Positions 8,456-16,604 of a DNA stretch of 26,556 nucleotides are shown here, one piece after another. Position 1 is the stretch's first letter. Each line of letters opens with the position of its first letter. This stretch comes from a bacterium (GTDB lineage Bacteria; Methylomirabilota; Methylomirabilia; CAVQYV01), in contig JAZDMQ010000007.1 of assembly GCA_043800755.1 (NCBI GenBank), forward strand, positions 1 to 26,556, read 5' to 3'. The position numbers were made by a program, and so were the translations under genes. The notes beneath the pieces were generated by a model. It worked only from the letters and a program-made list of their open reading frames with translations. It did no database searches and was not told the origin of the DNA.

Positions 8456-9178
8456 ATGAAGGTGCTCGGCATCTGCGGGACCCACAAGCGGAAGGGCAAA
8501 TCAGCCAGTGAATGGATGCTGAAACAGGCATTGGCCGCAGCCGAGGAGATGGGCGCGAGCACCGAGGCGATCCGCTTGATCCAATACCATATCGAGCCCT
8601 GCCTGGCCTGCAACTTCTGTCTCTGCGGCCGTCCCTGCCCACTGCTCCAGGACCCCAAGGACCAGGCCCGGCTCGTCTTCGAAAAGATGTATGAGGCGGA
8701 CGCCTTCATCTTCTCCTCGCCGGTCTATGCCTACCAGACGCCGGCCACCGTGATCAACCTCCTGCACCGGACCCGTCCCTTCCACGAGTTCGAGCGGGCC
8801 AGGGTCTGGGGCAATTCGATCACTGCAGTCGAGAAAAATCCCTTCTCCGGCGCCCCGGTGGGCAATATGGCGGTGGGGGCCGCGGTAGGCCTGGAGGGGG
8901 CACTCTATGGACTATTGCACCCCTTGATGGCGATGGGGGCCACCTCGGTGGCCTGTACCGGGATTGCCCTCATGGACTCGGAGATGAGGAACCTGGTCAG
9001 CATCGGGGGGGAGGTGGCCATTGAGCACCCCGGCTTCCGGAGGGTGGCGGAGGAGGCCAATCAAAACTACGAGGAAAACGACTGCGCCGCCGACATGGCG
9101 CGTGCGGTGGGGCGGTGGGTGGTGCACATCTACCGCTCGGCGGTGTTCCAGAGAACCAAACTGCACATCCGGCTTTGA
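8456..9178 (+). CDS. Iron-sulfur flavoprotein / NADPH-dependent FMN reductase (multimeric flavodoxin) family
   Basis: MKVLGICGT.., compact Cys motif CLACNFC-x5-C, ADAFIFSSPVY. Confidence 0.8.
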   Translation: MKVLGICGTHKRKGKSASEWMLKQALAAAEEMGASTEAIRLIQYHIEPCLACNFCLCGRPCPLLQDPKDQARLVFEKMYEADAFIFSSPVYAYQTPATVINLLHRTRPFHEFERARVWGNSITAVEKNPFSGAPVGNMAVGAAVGLEGALYGLLHPLMAMGATSVACTGIALMDSEMRNLVSIGGEVAIEHPGFRRVAEEANQNYEENDCAADMARAVGRWVVHIYRSAVFQRTKLHIRL

Positions 9179-9201
9179 TCCGAGCCGTCCGGCGCTGAGG
9201 C

Positions 9202-9936
9202 TCACTCCTGATATCGCTCTTTGACCTCCTCGAATCTGCCACAGCCCCGCTTGCCCTCCGGGCACCTGCCCCGATCCAGGCACTTGGGGCCTGCCCCGCC
9301 GAAGATCCCGGGATAGGCAGGGCGTAACAGGTCCAGCATCTTCTGGGCCACCTCCCGGATCTCCCACTGGGCCCGATTGCAGAGACGCTCCCCAAAGAAG
9401 TGCAGCAGCTGGCGGGCGTTCATGGTGACGAAAATCTTGCTCTCGCAGGCATTGGGGAGCAGATAGCGCGCGTCCTCCTGGCTGGATTCCCCTGCCCCTC
9501 CTAAGGCCTGGTTCATCGCCCGATACCGCTCCGCGATGAGCTCCATCGTCTGCCGGAGGAACTCCTCCGCCTCGACCCGCTTCCCCTCCAGAAGGATCCA
9601 TTTGCCTTTCAGTTGTGGAGGCACGATGTAATCGAAATCTCCCTCCTCCACGAAACGCTGGCTCCGCTGGGAATAGCTGGCGATGCGATGGCGGACCAGT
9701 TGATGGGTCATGGCCCGGGAGACCCCCTCCAGGTAGAAGGTGAAGCTAACATGTTCCAGGGGGGAGAGATGCCCCCAGGAGCGGAGCTGCCTCACGAAGC
9801 GGCCGGCCGCCTCCGACCCCTGCTGCAGGATCTCCTCCGTTTCCGCAGAATAGCAAAGCTTGCCCGCAGCCGCGACGACCTGCTCTGGCTCCGGGGTGAA
9901 GGCAATCAGGGTCACTTTGGAGGCGACGGGCTTCAT
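9202..9936 (-). CDS. thyX: FAD-dependent thymidylate synthase
   Basis: GHLSPLEH, SRAMTHQLVRHRIASYSQRSQR (RHRx7-8S signature), EDARYLLP, TMNAR, RAQWEIR. Confidence 0.96.
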   Translation of the reverse strand: MKPVASKVTLIAFTPEPEQVVAAAGKLCYSAETEEILQQGSEAAGRFVRQLRSWGHLSPLEHVSFTFYLEGVSRAMTHQLVRHRIASYSQRSQRFVEEGDFDYIVPPQLKGKWILLEGKRVEAEEFLRQTMELIAERYRAMNQALGGAGESSQEDARYLLPNACESKIFVTMNARQLLHFFGERLCNRAQWEIREVAQKMLDLLRPAYPGIFGGAGPKCLDRGRCPEGKRGCGRFEEVKERYQE

Positions 9937-9978
9937 AAGGCTACCTCATCCCTGTGTCATGGATCACTGCGCAATGGA

Positions 9979-11430
9979 TTACTCACCCTCCCCGGGCACG
10001 CCCATATCCTTGGCTGAGCTGGGCTCGGCGCCGATCCGGGAGAGATCCTGGGGAAGCCTCTGGGCCGGGGCGCGGGACTTAATCTCCGCCTGCACCATCT
10101 CCTTGCTGCTCACTACCTTGAGTTTCTCGAAGAGGAAGGCAAATTTCTCCTCCAGCCTGGAGCCGATCTGTCCCCTGATCTCTTCCGGCAAGCCCCAAAA
10201 TTCTTCTTTGAAGGTGCCGAAGGCACGCTTTCTATTCTTGTAGATGAATTGCTCCTCGGTCTCCCCCTCCTTGCGCTCGCTGGAGGGGTCCTTCTTCAGG
10301 TGCTCGTAGATCTCCTGTCGCAGCTCGGCTGGGAAGGCTGGATCCTCGAAGATCATGTTCTGGAACTCGGTGGCCAGATGGATCTCCGCGGTCCCCCGTT
10401 GGGGAAAGAGGTGGAAGACCTCGGGGGGAAGGGTGGAGGCCCCATGTTGCACCGCCCCGCTCAGGCCATACTCCTCCCGGGCGGCGCGGGAGAGGCGCTC
10501 CAAGGTATCGAAATCGAGCTTCACCTGGGCTACCTTGCCATCGGGCATGGGCACCCCTCCATGGGTAGTCCCGGTCTGGACGCTGATTTTGGAGATGCCC
10601 TTCAGGTCCGCGCTTTTCTTGGCCAATTCCTTACGCAAGCCGTCCATGAAGGCCCGAAGCTCCTCCACCGTGCTGTTCTTCCTCCCCACCTCCCCGATCT
10701 CCCCTCCCACCGACACCTGGATTCCCTTGGGTTGAATCCCCCGGATGTAGGCCGTAAAATCGGCCACCAGCTCGTAGTTGAGCTGCTGCTGCTCCACGAG
10801 AGTGGATTGGGAAAGGTCCACCAGGGTGGAGGAGTCGATGTCGATGTTGTAAAAGCCCGCCTGGATCGACTCTTTGATCAAAGATCGGATGGCGCCAAGC
10901 TCCGCCGCCCGATCCGCCTGATAGCGCTTGGCGCTGATCTGATAGTGGTCGCCCTGGATGAAGATCGGCCCCGCATATCCCTCCTTGATCCCGGCCGCCA
11001 TGAGGCAGGCTGCGTATTCAGGTGGCCTCTGGGCAGTGTAGCCGATCTCCGAGCGGGCGATCTCGAAGATGAAGGCTCCCACCTGGCCCTTCAGGGCCGC
11101 CCGAAAGACCGCCCGGGCCACATCATAGGTCAGGCCCCGGATATTGATGGCCGGGACGGTGAAGCCGGTGTATCTCCCCTTGCCCATGGCCTGGTAAAGC
11201 TCCTGAATGGAGGCGGGAAAGATCCCGGATGACTCGGCCAGGGCCCAGATGAGCCGCCGGGCCCGGGCCTGCTCCGCCGGATCGGGTGCAAAGGCCGCCC
11301 TATGCACCAGATCATCGATGAGCCTCCCCTTTAGCCTGGGCAGATCGGTGATCTGCACCACCCCCCCGGCGTCAATCTGAATGGCCTGCTCTAAATCTCG
11401 GGCCAGCTCCGTCCATCCCCGATCATTCAT
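9979..11430 (-). CDS. Class II fructose-bisphosphate aldolase family protein
   Basis: TVPAINIR, QGDH, DIDSS, GGEIGEVG, GTTHGG, QHGAST metal and substrate motifs. Confidence 0.85.
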   Translation of the reverse strand: MNDRGWTELARDLEQAIQIDAGGVVQITDLPRLKGRLIDDLVHRAAFAPDPAEQARARRLIWALAESSGIFPASIQELYQAMGKGRYTGFTVPAINIRGLTYDVARAVFRAALKGQVGAFIFEIARSEIGYTAQRPPEYAACLMAAGIKEGYAGPIFIQGDHYQISAKRYQADRAAELGAIRSLIKESIQAGFYNIDIDSSTLVDLSQSTLVEQQQLNYELVADFTAYIRGIQPKGIQVSVGGEIGEVGRKNSTVEELRAFMDGLRKELAKKSADLKGISKISVQTGTTHGGVPMPDGKVAQVKLDFDTLERLSRAAREEYGLSGAVQHGASTLPPEVFHLFPQRGTAEIHLATEFQNMIFEDPAFPAELRQEIYEHLKKDPSSERKEGETEEQFIYKNRKRAFGTFKEEFWGLPEEIRGQIGSRLEEKFAFLFEKLKVVSSKEMVQAEIKSRAPAQRLPQDLSRIGAEPSSAKDMGVPGEGE

Positions 11431-11769
11431 TGGATCACCCCCTGCTGCTGGGGAGGAAAATTCTCATTTCCTCCCCCGATCACCCTAAAAGGACTGCCCT
11501 CCCGCTCTGTGATGAGCGAGGGGCAAACCAGATCCCGATCTCTCACGACGTCCCTTCCCGGAGGCCAAATTAGCACACGCCGAGGGCGCGCTCACGCCAT
11601 TAATCGGCGGAGGAGGCCCTTTGGGTTGGCTCATCTTTGCGCCGGGGTTCGGCCAGTTGATCTGGGATCGTTCGATTTCCTGATAACCTGGCAAAAAATC
11701 ATAACCAATCGGCTCGAGATCAGTTATAATCCAACCATCTTAGAATCGGTGGGGGGCGCCCAGACCCAA

Positions 11770-11798
11770 GGAACAAAACCCTCAAACGGACTGTCTAA
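11770..11798 (+). promoter_or_regulatory. Putative ECF (RpoE/AlgU-type) promoter for the sigma/anti-sigma operon
   Basis: GGAACAA (11770-11776), 16-nt spacer, GTCTAA (11793-11798), ending 5 nt before the sigma GTG. Confidence 0.6.
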
Positions 11799-11803
11799 TT
11801 TAA

Positions 11804-12412
11804 GTGAAGAAAGAAAAGCAGATCGCAAAAGATGAAGACGAGGAGTTGGTCTCCTTATGCCAGAAGGGAGAGGTGGATGCCTTCGAGGCTTTGGTACGAA
11901 GGCACCAGAAGCGGATGTTCAACATCGCCTTCCGTATGCTCGGCGATTATGACGAGGCGACCAGCCTGGTGCAGGACGCCTTCCTCTCTGCCTATCGGGG
12001 GATCAAGGGTTTTAGAGGAGAGTCCGCTTTCTCCACCTGGCTCTGTCGGATCGCCATCAACCTCTCCAAGAACCGCCTCCAGCAGCTGAAGGCTCAACTT
12101 CGGCACGAGGCCTTCTCCCTCGACGACCCGCTCCTCTCCGATGATGGCCAAATCAAGATCGATCCCGCCTCTGGCAACCCTTCGGCCCTGGAGGTCCTGG
12201 AGAAAAAGGATATCCAGCAAAAGGTGCAGGGGTGCATTAATACCCTCGATCCTGAGTTCAAAGAGGTGCTCATCTTAAGAGATATTCAGGGATTTCCCTA
12301 TGAGGAGATCAGCGAGATGCTCCGCATCCCGGAGGGCACGGTCAAATCGAGGCTCTTCAGGGCCCGAGCGTCTGTCAAGGATTGCCTGAAGAAGTTCATA
12401 GGAGACCTGTGA
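11804..12412 (+). CDS. ECF RNA polymerase sigma-70 factor
   Basis: AFEALVRRHQ, LVQDAF, FSTWLCRIAIN (region 2); YEEISEML.IPEGTVKSRLFRAR (region 4.2). Confidence 0.95.
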   Translation: MKKEKQIAKDEDEELVSLCQKGEVDAFEALVRRHQKRMFNIAFRMLGDYDEATSLVQDAFLSAYRGIKGFRGESAFSTWLCRIAINLSKNRLQQLKAQLRHEAFSLDDPLLSDDGQIKIDPASGNPSALEVLEKKDIQQKVQGCINTLDPEFKEVLILRDIQGFPYEEISEMLRIPEGTVKSRLFRARASVKDCLKKFIGDL

Positions 12413-13650
12413 TGGAATGCCAGCAGATTCAAGAGAGGCTTTCTGCATATCTTGAGGGCAGCCTTCCTCCGGCGGAGAAGGCCCTGATCGAGCAGCACTT
12501 GAAGCCCTGTCAGAGATGCCAGGAGGCTTTGGCCGACCTGCGGAAGACGATTGAGGTGGTGCAGGGGCTTCCCGAGGTCGAGCCGCCGGCCTGGTTGACC
12601 CAGAGGGTGATGGCCAGGGTACGATCAGAGGCCGCCCCGAGGAAGACGATCTGGGAAAGGCTCTTCTATCCCATTCCTGTCAAGTTGCCGCTCGAAGCTG
12701 CTGGGGTGATTGCCATCGCCGTGGTCACCATCTACGTCTTTAAAGGGATCCAGCCCGAGATGCACCTGGGCAAGGCGCCCTTGGAGGGGATGAGAGGGCC
12801 GACGATCTCCGAGGTAAAGAGGCCGGCTGTCCCTCCGAGTTCCATGCCGGAGGGAAAGACACAAGAAAAAGAGAAGGCGATTTGGGGCAAGGGCATTGAG
12901 CCAAAGCCCACGCAGCCTCCGGAGCAGCCAATGAGCCGAGGCAGGAAAGAAGCCCCGGCCCCAGCGCTGAGATTCGACCGAACTGCCCCGTCCGTGGGCG
13001 AAGGCAAAAGAGCGGAGCCGAGACGCGAGGTCCTCTCAGACAAAGAGGAGGCAGGGTCTGGCTTTGATCTGGCAAAGCCAAGAGACGAATTGAAGTCCGG
13101 CGCCCGCCCTGCCGCACCCCAGCCTGAGGCCCTGGCCAGGAAACCGACGGGGCAGCCAGCGACTCAACGCCAACAAGGGGCCCAGGCCCCTGTCCCAGCT
13201 GAACGGGAAAACCGAGCGATGTCATCGGTCGGCGCCATTGTCAAAGATGAATCCAGGCCCGAGTCCCTTTCGGCCGCGCCCAGGGGAGGGGAAGCCCACG
13301 AGGAGAGGGTAAAGGAAAAATCGGACCGCCAGGCCCTTTCCGCTGCACCAGCAGCCAAGGCCCTGGCAGAGAAGAGGCAGGCTGCCATCCATCTGACCCT
13401 CGCAGTCAGGGATCTGGATGCTGCCATACCTGCGATTGAGAAGGCGCTCTCCCAGCTGGGCGGAAGGATCATCAAGATGGAGACCACCGAGGGCAAGATC
13501 GTTCTCTCCGCAGAATTGAGTTCAAACCAGGTGAGGAGACTGCTCGATCGCCTGCGGGACCTGGGAGAGCTCAAGGGAGGGACAGTCGATTCTGCAGCCG
13601 AGGAAGGTGCAACAGAGATGATCAGGATAGAGGCATTAAGGGCTCAATAG
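12412..13650 (+). CDS. Zinc-binding (zf-HC2/ZAS) transmembrane anti-sigma factor, DUF2275-like
   Basis: ATG overlaps the sigma TGA; C..LSAYLEG.L..HLKPCQRC (HxxxCxxC), one TM helix, long Pro/Ala/Glu/Lys-rich linker, small C-terminal alpha/beta domain. Confidence 0.85.
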   Translation: MECQQIQERLSAYLEGSLPPAEKALIEQHLKPCQRCQEALADLRKTIEVVQGLPEVEPPAWLTQRVMARVRSEAAPRKTIWERLFYPIPVKLPLEAAGVIAIAVVTIYVFKGIQPEMHLGKAPLEGMRGPTISEVKRPAVPPSSMPEGKTQEKEKAIWGKGIEPKPTQPPEQPMSRGRKEAPAPALRFDRTAPSVGEGKRAEPRREVLSDKEEAGSGFDLAKPRDELKSGARPAAPQPEALARKPTGQPATQRQQGAQAPVPAERENRAMSSVGAIVKDESRPESLSAAPRGGEAHEERVKEKSDRQALSAAPAAKALAEKRQAAIHLTLAVRDLDAAIPAIEKALSQLGGRIIKMETTEGKIVLSAELSSNQVRRLLDRLRDLGELKGGTVDSAAEEGATEMIRIEALRAQ

Positions 13651-13681
13651 GCCAAATGGCAGGCTTAACTTGGTCTGCGGG

Positions 13682-13714
13682 TTGGATTTGTCAACTGTGT
13701 AGGCCTGGCCCCTT
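13682..13714. repeat. 33-bp direct repeat, copy 1 (TTGGATTTGTCAACTGTGTAGGCCTGGCCCCTT)
   Basis: Identical to 19117-19149 by direct comparison. Confidence 0.95.
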
Positions 13715-14064
13715 TAACGATCATGGCCACGGTCCTCTGCCTGCGGAGTGAGATCTGGATCATCGCTTTCTGCGCCATGATGGGCTATACCGCCTACTAT
13801 CTTCTGTTTCTGTGGACAGCGTCGTGGTACATTCCGGGCTTCTTTTCGATCTGGAACGGCAACGTCCTCAGTGGCATACGCCTTCTCGGCATGCCGGTCG
13901 AAGAGGTATTGTGGATCGTCACCTTCAGCGGCATGTGGTCTTCATCGATGGCCTAGGTGCTGGATGCAAAGTTGAACCAGGTCCACAGAAACGCACCTCA
14001 TTCGGCACAGGGGCACACGCATCATCAGCTCGAAACTTGGGAGCATAGAAGGGGGCGGCCGTGA
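13714..14064 (+). pseudogene. 5'-truncated, amber-interrupted paralog of the downstream lycopene-cyclase-domain membrane protein
   Basis: IWNGNVLSGIRLLGMPVEEVLW aligns with QWNAVGPWGRGYWGIPLGEIAW of 14061-14840. TAG at 13954-13956, similarity continues past it (VLDAKL vs IFDISL), and the frame ends at TGA 14062-14064 overlapping the next GTG. Confidence 0.7.
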
Positions 14065-14840
14065 AGGGGTTTTTCCAGAACTATCCTTATCTCTGGGCCA
14101 GTCTCCTGAGTCTTTTCGTATTCGTCACCCTGAGCGTCCTCTTGCTCCGGAAAGATCACCGAAACACCGTGATCTTTAGCGGGCTCGTAAATTCGACCGC
14201 CTTCGTCTTTCTCATCCATTTGGAAGGCGTGTACTGGAGTCCGGTGCGCCTCGGCCATCGCTTGCTCGGCATGGAAGATGTCATCTGTTCTTTCATCGTA
14301 GCAGCGATGGCGTGGTTTGCCGTGGCGCTCGTGCTGGGCAACAGGATTGTCTACACATTCCGAGCAGAGGTCTGGATAAAGCGGTTTATATCTCTCTCGG
14401 GGGCATCGGTCGCGCTGTTTCTCCTTCTCTGCCAGATCGGATGGAGCGGCATGACGGCGCTTGTCGTCACCTGCCTGTCCGTGGGCTCCACGACGCTCTG
14501 GTGGCGACGGGATCTGTGGCCGCTGGCCCTCGCCGGCACGCTCATATTCCCTCTGCTCTATCTCTTGATGGTGAAGATCGACTTTTGGATCTGGCCCCGT
14601 TTCGTCGAACAGTGGAATGCGGTGGGGCCTTGGGGGAGAGGATATTGGGGGATACCGCTGGGCGAGATCGCCTGGTCCGTCGTGTTCGGCCTGTATTGGC
14701 CCTTGTTCACCGGTCATATCTTCGATATATCGCTGAAGAGGCAACCCTCGCAACCTGCCTCCGCGGTGGGGATCGGACGGCATATCAGGTCCGCCCTCAC
14801 ACCACCTGCCCGTCGACCATCTCGATCGTCCTCTGCGTAA
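14061..14840 (+). CDS. Integral membrane protein with two lycopene-cyclase-like (CrtYc/d, CarR-type) repeats
   Basis: About 7 TM segments; YW.P..LGMEDVICSF and RRDLW..W..WGIPLGEIAW motifs resembling the G-x-P-x-E-E signature. Confidence 0.6.
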   Translation: MKGFFQNYPYLWASLLSLFVFVTLSVLLLRKDHRNTVIFSGLVNSTAFVFLIHLEGVYWSPVRLGHRLLGMEDVICSFIVAAMAWFAVALVLGNRIVYTFRAEVWIKRFISLSGASVALFLLLCQIGWSGMTALVVTCLSVGSTTLWWRRDLWPLALAGTLIFPLLYLLMVKIDFWIWPRFVEQWNAVGPWGRGYWGIPLGEIAWSVVFGLYWPLFTGHIFDISLKRQPSQPASAVGIGRHIRSALTPPARRPSRSSSA

Positions 14841-15471
14841 ACCTCGCCACCCGGTCCTCATGGGTCACGATGATGATGGTCGTGCCTCTTGCCTCGTTGA
14901 TCTCTTGCAGGAGGCGGAGTACCACCTCAGCATTTTTCGTGTCCAGGCTCCCGGTCGGCTCGTCCGCAAGCATCAGCTCCGGTTCATTCAAGTTGGCTCG
15001 TGCGATACACACGCGCTGGCGCTCACCCGCCGAAAGGGTACTAATGTCCCTCCGCGCCTTGTCCGCCATATCGAGCTGGGCAAGGATCTCCATGGCCCTC
15101 CTGCGGGACGAACCCCCCACGAACAAACGGTATGACAGGGGAAGGAGTAGGTTCTCAAGCACATTGAGACGGGGATAGAGATAGAAGTCCTGAAAGATGT
15201 AGCCGATGTTCTCTCGCCGATAGAGCGATTTATCTCTCATTGCAGCCAGGGGGCGGCCCTTGAAATAGATGCTTCCCGAGGTAGGCGAGATCAGGCCGGC
15301 TATGAGGTGAAGGAGGGTGCTCTTTCCGCTCCCGCTCGGCCCTTTGATCCCCACCAACTCCCCCGCACGAATGGCGATATTCACCTCTTTCAAGGCCTGC
15401 ATCTTCGTCTGCGGATAGACCTTGGTGAGATCGACCGTGCTGATGATCGGATTCCCTTCCCGGCTACTCAC
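14797..15471 (-). CDS. ABC transporter ATP-binding protein (LolD/MacB family)
   Basis: GPSGSGKST, IGYIFQ, LSAGERQRV, LADEPTGSLD, VTH. Confidence 0.93.
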   Translation of the reverse strand: MSSREGNPIISTVDLTKVYPQTKMQALKEVNIAIRAGELVGIKGPSGSGKSTLLHLIAGLISPTSGSIYFKGRPLAAMRDKSLYRRENIGYIFQDFYLYPRLNVLENLLLPLSYRLFVGGSSRRRAMEILAQLDMADKARRDISTLSAGERQRVCIARANLNEPELMLADEPTGSLDTKNAEVVLRLLQEINEARGTTIIIVTHEDRVARFTQRTIEMVDGQVV

Positions 15472-16585
15472 CTCGAATCACCTCGATGGGATCGAGACGG
15501 ACCGTGATCCACGACGGAATCAGGGCGGCCACGACCCCCACCAGCAGGATCAATCCCACGATCTTGAACAGGAACCCATAGTCCCATGCCGGGACCAGGA
15601 ATACCAGATCCATCCGGTCGAATAGGTAATCCATGGAGTAGCGTCCGGCAATTGTGCCCAGGAAGCCGCCCATGACGGTGATGAGAAGCGTCTCCCAGAA
15701 GACGAGTTGAATGACCCGCCGCTTCTGCCAACCGAGGGCGATGAGTATCCCCATGAGCTTTCTCTTCTCGAATATGCTGGTAATCATGGTGTTGGCGAGC
15801 CCGAGCACCACGGCTACGATGGTAATGGCCGCGATGAGAAGCGATATCTTCTCCCCCATGACCATCTGCTTGGTCTTTTCTCTGATGAATACATCGGCAT
15901 TCTGTGCGCTCACCTCGGGATGGGACGCCTCGATGGCCTGGGCGACCTCTCTGATTCGATCCTCACGCCTGTACTCCTCCTTCAGCATGACATCGATGCT
16001 GGTGACGATGCCCTGCTTGTTCCGATCGATGGCCTGAAAGACCTCCAGCGGCATGATCACTGCCGATCGCTCGAAGGGGCTGTTGCTCTCGTAGACCCCA
16101 ACCACCGTGAAATCCGCCCCCCCCATCCTGATACCCTGCTGCAGCGAGAGTGGCGCAGTTCTCGCCAGGACCGTGCCGATGATCACCTCCCGCCTTCCCG
16201 AGTCCGGCCTTCTGCCCTCCACGACCTTGATATTTTCGAAATGGGGGCTGTTCTCTGGCCAACCGAAGACCAGGGTGAAGCTGCGCTGATACCGTTGCAC
16301 ATCCATGAGCACGCCCAGGGCATCCTTCACCTGGGGCATCTCTCGGAGAGCAGCGGTGAGGGAGGAGGGCACCCTGCTGGACAGCAGATTGAATTCATCC
16401 CTCTCATACACCACGATGTCGACTCTGCGGTCGCCGTAGGCATTCCGGAAGGACCCGCGGATGCCCTCGCTCAGCCCCAGCATCATCACGCAAGCGGCAA
16501 TGCCGACGGAGACGCCGGCGAGGGTAAGGGAGAGTCTTATCTTTCGCCTCAGGAGGTCCTTGATGAGAAATGTGAGGAAGGTCAT
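15464..16585 (-). CDS. ABC transporter permease (FtsX/MacB family)
   Basis: N-terminal TM (R..LT..GV.VG), periplasmic domain (EGR, VVGV), three C-terminal TMs, GILIALG, LDPIEVIR end. Confidence 0.9.
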   Translation of the reverse strand: MTFLTFLIKDLLRRKIRLSLTLAGVSVGIAACVMMLGLSEGIRGSFRNAYGDRRVDIVVYERDEFNLLSSRVPSSLTAALREMPQVKDALGVLMDVQRYQRSFTLVFGWPENSPHFENIKVVEGRRPDSGRREVIIGTVLARTAPLSLQQGIRMGGADFTVVGVYESNSPFERSAVIMPLEVFQAIDRNKQGIVTSIDVMLKEEYRREDRIREVAQAIEASHPEVSAQNADVFIREKTKQMVMGEKISLLIAAITIVAVVLGLANTMITSIFEKRKLMGILIALGWQKRRVIQLVFWETLLITVMGGFLGTIAGRYSMDYLFDRMDLVFLVPAWDYGFLFKIVGLILLVGVVAALIPSWITVRLDPIEVIRGE

Positions 16586-16604
16586 GGTTGGTCTCGAGGG
16601 CCGG

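Noticed and set aside
4356..9178. RiPP cluster suggested by the SPASM domain
   Set aside because: No short precursor ORF, RRE/PqqD, protease or peptide exporter visible; intergenic gaps are too small.
10249..11232. Long antisense or alternate-frame ORFs (also 7040-8128, 14312-15178, 15707-16621, 24420-25253)
   Set aside because: Shadows of well-supported genes in high-GC DNA, with no motifs.
11431..11760. Possible ncRNA, small ORF or operator (ATAACC at 11683 and 11701, GTTAT at 11723) in the divergent intergenic region
   Set aside because: No recognisable RNA family and the motifs are too short to distinguish from chance.
14797..14840. 44-bp convergent overlap of the cyclase-like gene and ABC ATPase
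   Set aside because: The overlapping tail is low-complexity, consistent with ordinary stop-codon drift.
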